Assembly (NCBI RefSeq): GCF_023055435.1
Contig: NW_025963857.1
Span: 30,070,001-30,134,000 of the forward strand
Length of the DNA: 64,000 bases
Source of the DNA: Haliotis rufescens
Lineage: Eukaryota
Reading direction: 5' to 3'
Part shown: positions 11,900 through 24,789 of the stretch, one piece after another
How positions within the stretch are numbered: position 1 is the stretch's first letter
Layout: each line of letters opens with the position of its first letter
The notes under the pieces: model-generated
Seen by the model: the letters and a program-made list of their open reading frames with translations, nothing else
The model's database searches: none
Told to the model about the DNA's origin: nothing
Position numbers and translations under genes: made by a program

Positions 11900-13400
11900 T
11901 TATACTTCTTTAGTCTTCATTTAATAAAGATTTAGATTGTGTAAATTTAAACAGGTGCGGATACTCCCAAAAAATAATCATAAATGAATTGGTTTCTTAT
12001 GTCGAAATAAAATGGTTAAACAACGATATTCATCTTCAATGTTATTGAAACCATACAATTGGTAAATCTGTCTATTTTGATTCCACAGTGTCTTCCTAAT
12101 TCAATAAGGAGATCGTGAGAGCTGCATCTAAATCGGGCTGACGCCACTCGGAATTTCTTTAAATATATTTTCTAACATATACTTCTCTCTGTTTCAATTT
12201 GTTTTAATAGTGATTTAATTTACTGAGTTAATTTACTGAATTAAAATAAGGTAGAGATGATGACCACTTTTTGAAGTACATGTCTTTTGAAGTGTACGTG
12301 AAATCAATAATAAATCGCTCTGGCATATCTTCACTTTGTTCAGTCCAAACATTACCATACCCAGATGAATTAGTAAACTGTTAAACATATGCCCAGTAAG
12401 ATTTACCCTGATGTTATCTCCGTTGGAAATCTTGGATTTGGCATCTTTAATCATTTTAGTCCAGTATGTAATACCTCTCATATGAGTGTCTATGTACAAT
12501 GGACATCTTCCACATTCACCGTGGACTATTACATTTGGTGTGCAAGGTGTCACCGAGAATGGACATCTAGAGATTGCCCTCTGTAAAACCATTTATCTCT
12601 TCGAGATAATCTGCCATCACGTTTAAAACTACTATTTTTTTCGTGTTAACGTTCATGGAGAATTTCCATTTCTCACTTCAGGATTCAAGTTTAAATATTT
12701 GCATTTGGTAATCCAGGTATTGTGCTTGAAAGCATTGCAATATCATCGGCAAACAGAAAAAGTAACGTTACCGTTTCGGGTACCCGTATACCATCTATAT
12801 ATCATTTATGATGAAAGAAAATAGAAACGGACTTAAAATACATCATTGACGAACACCAATATCACATGCAAAAATACCTGATACAGTCTCGTTATTACGC
12901 ACATTAATAAGCTTTTACATTATTGTAGATACAGCACAGTATATTACCCAATATATATATATATATTACTAAGCCCATGCGTTTTAAATAGAGTTTATTA
13001 CTGTTATCAAAGTTAATGTTTTCGCAAAATCTACAAATAATACATTTAGTTTGTCAGATAACTTTGTGTAATTCACTGCAAAATACAAACGTTATCAACT
13101 GGGCTTATATCCCTGTCTGAATTCAGATTGTGCCTGGGTGATTTTCTTTCAAAAGTGTATGCTCCAAAACACCAAACGTGTATTAATTATATATGTGAAC
13201 CCTTTGCTAAATACACTTAGAAGTACAATTTCTCTCTTATTATTTGTATCAGTCAGTTGTTTGTGAAGCGGAATAATAATGCCAAGTGACCACTTCCTAA
13301 GAAAGTAAGACTTTTCCAACATGAAATTAAAGATCCGATCAAGATAACGAAATAACAGGTCGGATGCGAACCTAAAGCCTTAGTGTTCTTCAAGTGATTT
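11900..13400 (-). mobile_element. Decayed CR1/L2-group LINE RT fragment
   Basis: NNKREIVLLSVFSKGFTYIINTRL, GVRQ*CILSPFLFSFIIND, LFADD with many stops. Confidence 0.8.
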
Positions 13401-13469
13401 AATACTGTCTAAAAATATTTCTTGGTAATTGGGAAATCGAGAATATCTGTTAGGTATTAGTATTTGTGA

Positions 13470-14165
13470 TACATAGGTAATCTACAGTCAGTGGAATATC
13501 AGTATGAGTAACCGCTAGTTGACCCAACCTCCCCCTCCCCCTACCCTTACCCCTACCCCTCCCTCGAAGCTCCCAACTTCTCTCACTAACCACCACCACC
13601 CACAAAACATGCGATGCATTTACCGCTGAGCTCGGAATACTGTTGGCAAAAAGTTTATAATCAGTTTCTATTTGAGATACATGTGTAATCTACAATGTAC
13701 ATCGGCATTATAAACCTCTAGCCCATCCCTCCCCTTCCCTCGACAATCCATACCCTCCTCTTCTCTCGAAACTCCATTCCCCTCTCACCAACCACCCTCA
13801 CCCCCCAAAACTTGCGATAGATGTACCGCTGGGCCGAGAATACTGTTGGCAAAACTGTATGATCAGTTTGCGTGACATATGTGAAATCCACAATGAATAT
13901 CAGTGTGACAAATCGTTCGTCCACCCCTCCCCTTCCCTCGAAACTCCATTCTCCTCTCACGAACCCGCGATATATATGTAACACTGAACCGGGAATAAAG
14001 ACGGAAAAAGTTTATATCAGTTTGTATTTTTGTACATGTGTAATCTACAATGAACATCGGTATCAGAAACCGCTAGCCCATCCCTCCCCTTCCCTCGAAA
14101 TTCAATTCCCCTTTCACCAACCACCCCAACCCCAACCCTACCCTACCCCCACCCCACCCCACCCC
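13470..14165. repeat. Degenerate ~180-200-bp tandem repeat, ~3.5 copies
   Basis: Recurring tacatgtgtaatctacaatg..ccctccccttccctcgaaa..aaaagtttatatcagttt blocks. Confidence 0.8.
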
Positions 14166-16230
14166 GGCTCATTGTCTCGACGCCGTCAATCATCCCCTGG
14201 ACCCACCTGCATGACCAGATTGCCCCTCGCCATTGCGTCTTCCAACATTGGACTCATGTAACTAAACTTTTAACACAGTAATGACTTTTATCACGATTTC
14301 TCCTTCACTCGAGAGCCGTTGCCAAGCCGTGTTACCATGTCGCTGACATCCCTAGTGCTCTTAATGGACGAACAAGTACTTAAATAACGTTTAACCACGC
14401 GAGATCTCGCCGACAGGTGAGCCGCCATGTTATCTAATACTTGATCAGTTTCGAATTCGATATGGCTTGACTCGAAATACCGTTATCGTGAGATTGAGCG
14501 CATGAAGTTACAGACTCGGCTTGTATTCCACTTAGTGTCGTCTACTGATAGCAAGAATGTCCATATGCTTAGTTAACCGGATAAAGTATGGACATATGGT
14601 CAAACTGGACAGCCATTCCTGCCTTCGTGTCTGTATCTTTGTGAAGTATTTGCTACTTGTGAAATTACAATTTTAAGGCTAATGGGCACGTAATGGCAGG
14701 TGTTATTGTAAACAACACACCGGTTATACAAATAGCTGTATCCCATCTCGTGTGTTCATCTTCATCTTTTCAAGTTTCACGATACAACTTGAATTTGATG
14801 TATCCTGGTTAGTAGACCCGATTTGAATAATACTAATTTGTCATAAATGTTTACTATTCCTGGTACTGAAAGAGATTCATTCGCAAAGGAAATCAAGGAA
14901 TATTCAAGTCTCACAATTCAACTTGATTCATTTGCAATATTCTGGTTTGTGGACTAGATTTGAATAATCATAAATTGTCGCATATGTTTAATATTTATTA
15001 TTCTAACAAATATTTGTTTGCAGAGGAAAAATGTTAAAATGAAACATATTTAATGTGCTTATTGTGATTAAAGTAGTATGTTGGATACAAAGTGCATTTT
15101 TCATATTTTGTATCAAAACGTTTTCGTTATACATTTAATATCGTGAACACCATGGCAACTGATAATGGCCTTGCTGATTGTTGTCGATATAATGGAAACT
15201 ATTTATTGTGACATTTTTTTAAGATAGGTTATTATTAAGAGGCTTGGTTTTGAAGTTTTACCTTTGAGCTGTAGACCTAGAGCAAGACCCACGAAAACAG
15301 AGTGGGCGTGCCTAACAGTAAGCAGCATATGAAAGTGTTAACAGTAATTGGTTATCATTGCTGAGTATGTCTCACTATTTCGTGAATCTGTTGACACGAT
15401 TAACACAAGACATAAAACTGTTTTTCTCCTCCCATCGTGCCATTCGTATATGATCAGCTGTAACTAATAATAACTGATATAACTGGAAAACTTAAAAGTT
15501 AAACACAACCCACTCACTCACTTACTCACTCGCGCACTAATAATCAACAGCTTCTCAGAACACAATAACCACACAAAAGAAACCGTTGAAATGTTATTTC
15601 TACATTGTGTTGGACAAAACAATATGTTTTTAACAAGGACGGGTGGTAGGATATAGCCCAGTTTCTTAACCATTCGCTCATCACATTGATCTCAGGTTTC
15701 GATCGCCTCAATATGTGATGCCCCATCAACTCTCTTCACATGGCCGAACTGCTCTATGCGCCTTAAAACCTCTCTCCTCCAAATAAGACTGTCCCAATAT
15801 ATCCGCGGTTTGTTTGTGCTGCTCCTATTTAACATAACACATTTCTGTTTAAAATATTTCTGCCTCAGTAAACTATAATGGTTAGCTTGTGAAACCCATT
15901 AACAAACATGAAACACGGAAATACGTGAATGGTGTCGAATAAGTGAATGACGCCGGAGTTAGAAACGGTCCATCTATATTACGACGGCCTGTAAACAAGG
16001 GTCCCTGGCCCAGACAAACCAGTGGTTGATAGTATGAGCAACCTCTACGCTGTCTTGGTACGATAGAACACAAGTCACCGAGTCCACCAACCGATCCGAT
16101 TTAGTTGCCTTTCACTCGTAATATTGTGTGATCCTTGACTAACATAATGAATAATTTATGACATTAATTAATGAACCTTCATTATCTTCATAATCTACCT
16201 TCATTGTACATCAGTAAGGTGATATTAGAT

Positions 16231-16446
16231 AAATAAAAGCGACAAACCCCTTTCCATGACCATAAAAATCTCCTTTGTACGATTCCGACTATAATGTAAG
16301 CATGTGTTTATATGATATGATTACTATTTGATAGTGATTCATTATATTAACGCATGCTCATAATATTGTCGGAGTCGAACAGTCCAATCTAGTTTTTGAC
16401 AGAGATTTCTTATGAATATGGAAAGGGTTTTGTCGCTTTTATTTAT
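16231..16446. repeat. Inverted pair of dispersed repeat E1 (foldback)
   Basis: aaataaaagcgacaaacccctttccat at left, atggaaagggttttgtcgcttttattt at right; ~100-bp imperfect arms. Confidence 0.85.
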
Positions 16447-17217
16447 GAATTAAATAGTGATGATACTAGCTATTTAAGAAAGTAGCGTGTGTGTTTTTCA
16501 ACGCATCATAATATCTTATCATTGGGAATACTTTGTGTATCCATCTCAGTTTAAGATAACCAATGTCTTGATCGACTTTTGCCAAAAACATTGATTCCAG
16601 TGCCATGACTGTATTTATGAGAAGCCATCTTTCATTTCCATTACCTGTAACCTTCACAAAGTGAACATATTCGCGTCTTACCATCCATAGTTATCTTCTC
16701 ACTTTATTAAAAAATGATATTTTTTAATAATTTGGAACATATGGAACAAAATTAAGCACCTGTCCTTTATTTTCATATATGAGATACTAGTACTAACGCG
16801 TTAAATCGCAAAGAAGAATGAAGAACGCAGTGTGGTTTATTTAACGATAAAACATTGTTCTATCATGACGTCATTCCTGGAGATACAAACATGCCCTCGC
16901 AGCTTGATGACGTCGTAAATTGACTGAAACCATTTTTGAGAGGGTAGTGTGTACGCTTGAGAATAGAATGTATATACTCATTTTCAATATGTTGAAGTTT
17001 GTGAGAACAACAAAAATCAGGAACTATTAAACTTAATCCCCCTGTTCATATAATGAACTAGACAGACAGTGGCGAAATCGTCATCATTTTTTCAATACGG
17101 GTAAATATTTATAAATCTTGTAAATTTTATTAACATCCTTTAAAAGGCTTTACATAAGGTTGATATCTCAAATAAGAAATAAACGACTCGTTGTCGTTGT
17201 TTATCTTACAAGAAACT

Positions 17218-17272
17218 ATATCATATCATATCATATCATATCATATCATATCATATCATATCATATCATATC
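17218..17272. repeat. (ATATC)n microsatellite
   Basis: About 11 units. Confidence 0.98.
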
Positions 17273-17451
17273 TGGTTTCTTGATTTCAAAATGACCGTGT
17301 GACTTTATAAACCAAAACAATGTAATTTCGTCGGAAAGAAAACAATACAGAATAAGATTTTTAAAATGGAAATATGGAGTAAGTGATGTTTATTTTTTCC
17401 AGATGTATATTTCTTTAAGAAGTGAAACTCTCGTCATTGTATCGTGTGTGT

Positions 17452-17639
17452 NNNNNNNNNNNNNNNNNNNNNNNNNNNNNNNNNNNNNNNNNNNNNNNNN
17501 NNNNNNNNNNNNNNNNNNNNNNNNNNNNNNNNNNNNNNNNNNNNNNNNNNNNNNNNNNNNNNNNNNNNNNNNNNNNNNNNNNNNNNNNNNNNNNNNNNNN
17601 NNNNNNNNNNNNNNNNNNNNNNNNNNNNNNNNNNNNNNN
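17452..17639. other. Assembly gap (N run)
   Basis: Continuous n bases, flanked by gt repeats. Confidence 1.
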
Positions 17640-17959
17640 GTGTTCGTTTTGTCTTAAATGCATGATTCTGGCGTAATGATATATTAAGGAATTATAATTA
17701 TTTAAAACAATACACCCAAAAGCCTTGTTTGCTCATCCAGTGAACCCGTGACCATTTGCTAGTCACGGCAAATACCCGGGATTGATTCCAACATGAGACC
17801 AAAGTGTGTAGTTTATTGTTGATGTTGTGGCGCGACTGGAAAGTTGCCAAACACGACTTTAAACTTAACTCGTTCAACTGTTCACCAGCAAACGCAGTCT
17901 GATGGACGGAAGCTATTTTGAGTGTTGACTAATCATCTAAACTGTCACGGCACGATAAG

Positions 17960-18151
17960 ACTTGATATATGACGGCGTGTCAACTTCATCCGGGAGGAAA
18001 GTGATGCAGGTCGCACCTGTTTACCGCTAACCCAGAAACATAATCAGGGCGAACCGGGATTCGAACTGGCGATCTTCATCCCAACACCCCTAAGGGACGC
18101 AACTCTGCACAACAAATTCCAGCACCTTAGATGACTGGGCCACCCGTGCCC
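17960..18151 (-). mobile_element. SINE family C (tRNA-Leu-like head), internally deleted
   Basis: Reverse of gggcacgggtggcccagtcatctaaggtgc..gttcgaatcccggttcgccc. Confidence 0.8.
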
Positions 18152-19154
18152 TGTTAAGATAAGAAAAAGCTACAAAAAGAAAGTTATCAGTGATTGATTG
18201 AACGTTGACGTGGGAAGTCTATCCCCTGAAGGTGTATTGCAATTGTCATAATTCACAGATAGTATCTGTTATTATCACGAACAAGTCATCGATTTCTGGT
18301 ATTATTTGTTGAAGCAGTTAAAAGAGATTATCTGCAGCTATCGGAACTATCCGTGATGTTCGTGAGATATAAAACTACCTGGATTTAGTTGCCACCCTGG
18401 AGTGTTTAAGTTTATTGAGCTATGGAAGCAAATGGTTTATCATCTTCGATTATACAGGGTATAATATCTTCATTCTTGATAAATACCCTGAACCTATTCC
18501 CATCACAATCCATCTCTCTTAACATAGTACAGGATCCGAGTGTAATCTAACTGCACAGCTGTTTTCAGCTGCATGTTTCTCGAATATGGTTGAACACTAA
18601 GCTATGGTAGTGAATGGGACTTCCCTGCAAATGAAACTGACATTCCATGCTGTAAATGAAACACTATTCGAAGCGGCGACATGCCCGGCTCGCTCACTCA
18701 CTCATTCTAGGTCCATTCTATTATAAAGGTATCTTACTAATTATCACCTTTAATAATTCAGGCATCTGTGAAATGTGAAGGGACAAAGCTGTATGTTTAA
18801 TATTTCTAGAACTCGAACAAAACTATTATTTAAAATCTTTGAACTTTATAGTCCTGTGAATTTTTTGTTGTTGCGATATCCTAATTTCGTCACTCCGTTT
18901 GTCTCCAACGCCGAATATTTCGTTACATGTTCCATATATTTATTACTTTGCTGTGCACGTTCGCAAATACCATATTATCATAATTCCTACGTAAATTCCT
19001 GTATGGAGTAGTACCTAGTTTGATTTTTTGTGTTAAGTTTGCTAGGAAAAACAAAGTGTTTACAAGATTGGAATTGGCAGCTCAAGGATGTAACCTCCAC
19101 TATTTGACGTCATTCAGCTACCTACCTGTAGGTCATATAATAATCCTGTGCAAA

Positions 19155-19390
19155 CAAACAAACAATATTTGAAATGTTGGACTTCCTAATTGACAACATT
19201 GTATGTGAAATTTGGGGATTGGCCATGTAGGCAAGAAGTAAGAATCCCCATGTAATGGGCACTAATTGTGCTCCCCTGCTTGCTGGCCTGTTTCTTTGTG
19301 CATATTGATAAATATGAATCAGAATTTCTGTTCGGATTGGCAAAACCAAAACATGGGAATTTGAGCAAAAAGTTCAATTTTCACTTTTTT
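19155..19390 (+). mobile_element. Penelope-like element RT fragment (frameshifted)
   Basis: MLDFLIDNI..RIP..MGTNCAPLLAGLFL..YESEF matches the GIPMGTNCAPLLADLFL motif of Penelope-like RTs. Confidence 0.8.
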
Positions 19391-19956
19391 TTAATGTTTT
19401 TCAAGCTATCTTTAAAATGCAAATGTCTAGAATTCTTAAATTGGAGCAGTTTAATTCTGATTGATGGAAAATATACCTGGTTGGGGCGATATGAAACATA
19501 AGTTTGACGTATATTCATTCAGAAATGTTCTCACAAGAAGCCATATCCTAGACAGACGTTGTTTTACAAAGTTGTTTATCAAAGCCCGTAAAGCCCCTAA
19601 TACAATAAACTCTTATTAGACAGGACCCCGTTAATCGGGACACCCGCTGTTCTGGATTAGTCCTGTTGGAAAAGCTCACATACAAAGGAACATTACGCCG
19701 ACACAATATGCTCTTTCTGGACTATTTGGTTTAACGGGGTTTAGTGGAATTTCTCTAGGTGCAGATGGGGCCAAAATAGTTGAAACTCAAGGGAAGGGAT
19801 TGAATGGGGCATCCTGTCACGGATTGCTCAGAGAAAGTGCATGGTTAAATTCACGGTCAGATTAAACAGCGAGACAGCATTCGCCACTATGATTTGGTGT
19901 CAGCCCACAAAACTGTAATATCATTTGAAATTTGAAATAATCTGTTTTTATGCAGA

Positions 19957-20090
19957 TGGGCGATAGTCTAGTGGTTAAAACGTTCGCTGTCATGTCGGAG
20001 TTTCCTGACAAGGGTACAATGTGTGATGCCTATTTCATGTGTTACCCTCAGTGATATTGTTGGAATATTTCCCAACGCACTCACTCATTC
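19957..20090 (+). mobile_element. SINE family A, decayed
   Basis: ctagtggttaaaacgttcgct..gggtacaatgtgtgatgcctattt..ctcactcattcac. Confidence 0.8.
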
Positions 20091-20391
20091 ACGGATAACC
20101 AAAGGGTTAACTCTCATCACAAATAGACTGATCAAACATCCTACTATTATTAAGTCTCTATCAGAGCCAGAAAGATACGTGTCATGATTCCAAAGTAGAG
20201 AACTAATAAACAAACCCGACAAAATCAGTTTGTTAGAAGTCCGTGTATTTTAAAAAAATAAAATATGATGATTTTTTTATGATAGCACGAGTCGAAAATA
20301 CATAGATGTATAAAAAGCTCGCGATGGTATACCGAAACTTAACGCCTCAATAAGACATGCGAGAACTATGCCAAAGTTTTCAGCAGAACAG

Positions 20392-20476
20392 TGAGTGAGT
20401 ATGGTTTTACGCCGCTTTTAGCAATATACCAGCAATATCATGGGGGGGGACAACAGAAATGGGCTTCACACATTGA
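20392..20476 (-). mobile_element. SINE family A, 5'-truncated, inserted into Tc1 ORF
   Basis: Perfect 12-bp TSD tcagcagaacag at 20380-20391 and 20477-20488. Confidence 0.92.
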
Positions 20477-20904
20477 TCAGCAGAACAGAGAGAGGGATGT
20501 GGTAATGACGCTGCTGGGGGCTACAGGTTGCAATATTGTTCGGGTGCAGCCGACTGACCATTGCCAGACTAGTTCCGCGATACCACCAGACAGGACAGAC
20601 AAGGGACAGACCACGAAGCGGTAGACCACATCTGCGCAACCGCTTCTGACGGTGACGTCATCGGCGATGGCGGGACTTGGACGCCGCATCAGCAGACACA
20701 CAGTGTCAGGACGATTGCGAGCTGCAGGAGTTCGGGCCGACAGAATGGCCTTGACCCGCCAACATCGTCCAAATAGACGTCAGTGGTATCGAACTGTGCG
20801 ACGTCGGGCCCCAGGGTGTTTAGTCAAGCGACGAGAGCAGGTTCCATCATGATGTTCGGATCAAGGTGTATTTAGGTGAATGATTGGCTCTAGGATGCAT
20901 CCAA

Positions 20905-21008
20905 GAAATGCCAGGGACAAACCAGTCTCGATTATCTGACGAAACACATTCAATAAGGCGTATAAGACGGAAAACATACACTAGTGAATCACTGAAAATC
21001 AGACACGT
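20905..21008 (-). repeat. Dispersed repeat E2 inside Tc1
   Basis: Reverse complement matches 51960-52100 and 63115-63250. Confidence 0.65.
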
Positions 21009-21686
21009 CTTTTCATCATCAGTGGACATTTGAACGCACAGCGCTCAGGGGATACCACAAGGACATGCAACAGGACAATGCCAGGCATCACACTGATCAA
21101 ATAATACAGGACTTGCTCATCAATAATTTAACCGTCTTGCCCTGACCGTCCGGCTCACCCAACCTCTCATCGATAGAACATGATTGGGACCATATTGGAC
21201 GACAGATAAAACGTCCGAACCTGCCGAACAACGTGCAGCAGCTGGGACGTGCGTTATTGGGGGGGGAGGAACCGCATACCTATTGGCGTCATCAGGATGC
21301 TTACGTCATTCATGTGGCGTTTGTCCATTCCTGTCCGAGGAGGTCAGGCAAGATATTGATGCCATTATCGAGGTGCCATGGAAGCGATATCAGTCCTGAT
21401 TTGGGTTTCTTTTGGGGGAAAGTTACAGTTGTGACCCCAGATGTATTTGTTGGCTTTTTGTTAATTCATCCCAAGTGGTACCATGAAACTGTCTTTAGCC
21501 TTGTTGGATGTGCATCACACATTATGAAACTTTAAAATACAAATGAAATGTGTTTATTTTCTCGTTTTCTTATGAAATTTATTATGTAAATCATGTAAAG
21601 ACTGTTGTATGTAAGTCAAGTAGGTCACAATCTCATAAAAATCAGATCTTTCCATCCGTCCATCCATCTATAAATAAGTAACTAGT

Positions 21687-21953
21687 TTTGTTTGTTTGTT
21701 GTTTAACGCCATACTCAGCAATATTCCAGCTGCTAAATGACGGCGGTCTGTAGATAATCGAGTCTGGACCAGACAATCTAGTGATTGACATCATGAGCAT
21801 CGATCCACGCAATTGGCATACGATTAAATGCATCAACAACGCTAACGAGCCTGACCACTCGATCCTGTTAGTAGCGTCTTACGACAAGCATAGTCGCCTC
21901 TGACGACAAGCATGGGTTGCTGAAGACCTATTCCTCCCCGGATCTTCACGGTC
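21687..21953 (-). mobile_element. SINE-like family B, full length
   Basis: Perfect 11-bp TSD aagtaactagt (21676-21686, 21954-21964); starts gaccgtgaagatcc, ends (caaa)n. Confidence 0.93.
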
Positions 21954-22011
21954 AAGTAACTAGTACAGAGAAAACTACAAGAACATTACGCAATGAGGAA
22001 GACGTGAAGAC

Positions 22012-22155
22012 TGAGTGAATGACTTAGTGAGTAACTATGGTTTTACGATAGCACGACGTGGGACACCACGAATGGGCATCATGCATTGAAGCCTAACAGG
22101 GAATCGAACCGGTATTCGCTGAGAAGATCGAATACTTGAACCACTGGCCTACCCA
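22012..22155 (-). mobile_element. SINE family A, decayed
   Basis: atggttttacg..ggacacca..gggaatcgaaccgg..aaccactggcctaccc. Confidence 0.75.
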
Positions 22156-23149
22156 AATGCATTTGCAGGAGAATGAATTATGGTCATTCCTTTTATCTTA
22201 AATTACAGAAAATTACAGTTGTTTGATCTTCAAAAACAGTAAGCAATCATTTTTTATTTTTTTATTTAAATTATATATTCCAAAGGATTTTCAAGAACTA
22301 ACCCCGATGAATTATTATGTAATGTATTAATCATGATTTGAGTGCTTTAACGAAAAATACAAAATATTGTGGTTGGTATTGGTAATATAACACCATGGTA
22401 ACTATGCAAACAAACGTAACTTATCTTAATTGTAACATTTACAACACAGTTCATCATCCTTTTGGTCTCAAACTGAAGCATATATACTCAACTACTACAA
22501 AGTTACATAGAAACGTTATTTAAAAGTACCAGACAGTTATACGCTCAATTTGCATATCATAGTGTTCTTACAAAATATCCTCCAGTATCGATTGTTCGAT
22601 AATATCTTCACTCAACCCCGTTTTCCTGCCAAAGAAATGTTTCTGAATATCAAATTCAATTACTTTCCTAAAGTTGCTTTCCAAAACTACTTGTTTACTG
22701 AAAATGATATATGTTCTTTCTAAATACGAAGTGTAGGGTTTCTGAAGTGATCTACAAAAAGGTACGTTAAAAGACTCGAACGAGGCACAATAATACACGA
22801 TGTCCGCTGTCGTGATGGTGATGCGTGCCGGGCTAAGTACCTACAGAAGTCCCGGATCACAGGCTATAAATCACATTACTCTTATATTTTTCTTTCAAGT
22901 AGGAATGAAGAGGAATATCCTGCAGCGGACGGCAGCAATTCGCCACGCCGTAAAATCAGAGTAATGTGCCTCTTTCAACATAATAGCCGCGCAATGATTT
23001 CTGATCACTCCGCGCCGGAAATAATTCCGCCTGGAGGAAAGGGTTCTCGAACTGGATCGATAGTAGTGCAGCGTACATAACACCAAAATATTTGTCAACT
23101 TCATGACAAGGTAATCGGGGTTCTAACGATCCGACCACGACCAGACATG

Positions 23150-23800
23150 AAAATGCTGAAATCTGAAACTACGTGCCGGAAGTTGTTTGGTCATGTGACC
23201 ACGCTTGATGCGGTTTGAGCATTAGATGTTGTACGAGATTTCATGTTATGGTTAGTGAGCATGCACTCCTCTATGTAAGGGAATACGATTGTGCATTTTC
23301 GGGCGACGTTTTATTTCCGAGAGTGAATTGTGTTTGCCTTGATTGTTGAATAAATCAGTCAGCCATGGCAGTAATTTTCGCAGCGTAACGCATCAGTCTT
23401 TACCCGTTTTCCGAGAACATGATGAGCGCTCACGCAAACACCGCTCTCGGAAACTGCCGCAAATAAGTTTCCTCCTTTGCGCTGAGAAGTTTACGACTTC
23501 TGCCGACAGCGGACGTGCAGGAATCAAAAGCTTGTACACGTCTTCCGTGGGAGAAGTCCGGCAATCTACCTCATGAATACCATAGTTTTTCCTATCAGTG
23601 ACGCCAATACCCCGATTGATTTGTCTCAAACTTTCGTTAATGAGTTTCACCGTCAATATAAATGACCGATCGCATTGTCAGGAAAATGAATAAAAACCGT
23701 TTACCAAAGTTCACCCGAGCAGAGTTAATACCACCGAGAGCGTGTATGAAAAAGATTGGTTGTCAAAATATTGAGCGCGAAGCCGGAAGGTTTAATCGAA
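23150..23800. promoter_or_regulatory. CpG-rich promoter-like region
   Basis: ccggaagt and gccggaag (ETS), palindromic ggtcatgtgacc E-box, high CpG density. Confidence 0.35.
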
Positions 23801-24247
23801 GATCAGTCTTAAATTACATAGATGTACCTGTTAACTTTTAATATTTGTTGAAATTGTGGTCTTTGGTAAATAATCGAGGCATAAGTCAAAAACTACTTTT
23901 ATCAATGCAAATGGTAATTGAAATAGGTTGAAAGAAAATGAATGTAAGTTTATTTAATATATTTTATTCTATATGAAATTGATCAAGTTATAACAACTTT
24001 AAATATCCTCTCCTCTCAGTGTATTTTCCGCACCTCCCTAAACTATACAACAGTTTCCATTAATCCATGGTATGTATAATACGAGGAACGTTGTTCTGCC
24101 TACATCCTGCGGAAATCTCGGGATCCTCAGCCCCCAGGCCTGTCAAAGGAACGGGTGGATTGGGATCGGATGGGCACAAAATATGCCCCGGCTGCGTGAG
24201 ACGTTGATTTTGTACTGGTCGGTATATTCATTACAGGATGTGAAATA

Positions 24248-24448
24248 AACTGCTGGGCAAAAGAAAGTATACTCACTGGCTCAAAATTAAACAAAGAATG
24301 TTATTCAAGGGTAATGTATTTGATACGGGTGTCATTGTTGTGTTTTGAACTTCCAGTGGGCCATGTTTCGACGGCTGTTTTCAGGATAACATTTCTATTT
24401 TTTGCCCTATACAATTTTTAAGTGTATGCTTTCTTTTGCCCGGCAGTG
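24248..24448. mobile_element. Tc1-type MITE
   Basis: ~25-bp TIRs (a/c)actgc(t/c)gggcaaaagaaag(t/c)atac, flanked by TA on both sides. Confidence 0.85.
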
Positions 24449-24522
24449 TATATACAGAATGTAAAATAGATGTAATTTTGTTTTCAACATCACTCACAGC
24501 ATCGGTTGTTTGATATAACACA

Positions 24523-24714
24523 TAAGGAAGAGAATTTATGGATGTCAACTTCTTTATTATGAGGAACACAACGTTTCGGAGTATTCACTTACTCCTTCAT
24601 CAGGTGAATGTATATGCTTACTCCTTCATTCATCTTATAAAGGAGTAAACACATACTCCGAACTGTTGTGTTCCTCATAATAAAGAAGTTGATATTCATA
24701 AGTTCTCTTCCTTA
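24523..24714. mobile_element. Penelope-like pLTR foldback (two inverted ~75-bp arms)
   Basis: Arms 24523-24597 and 24640-24714 are near-identical inverted repeats, each with hammerhead stem II followed by aataaa. Confidence 0.8.
24567..24607 (-). ncRNA. Minimal type I hammerhead ribozyme (Penelope-type)
   Basis: Minus strand CAC-CUGAUGA-A-GGAGUA-agugaa-UACUCC-GAAA-CGUU-GUG: intact core, 6-bp stem II, palindromic ACGU stem III, GUU cleavage triplet, 3-bp stem I. Confidence 0.7.
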
Positions 24715-24789
24715 AGTGATCTATTTGTTAAAGGCACCGCAATTTACGTTATTTTGGTGGGCCAGAAACCCGTGATCGTTTGTTCAAAT

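Larger units (their letters stand above)
20368..21330 (+). pseudogene. Tc1/mariner transposase pseudogene, with nested insertions
   Basis: MPKFSAEQRER, RYHQTGQTRDRPRSGRP, ISRHTVSGRLRAAG, SDESRF, QQDNARHH, P*PSGSPNLSSIEHDWDHIGRQI; frameshifts and stops. Confidence 0.9.
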
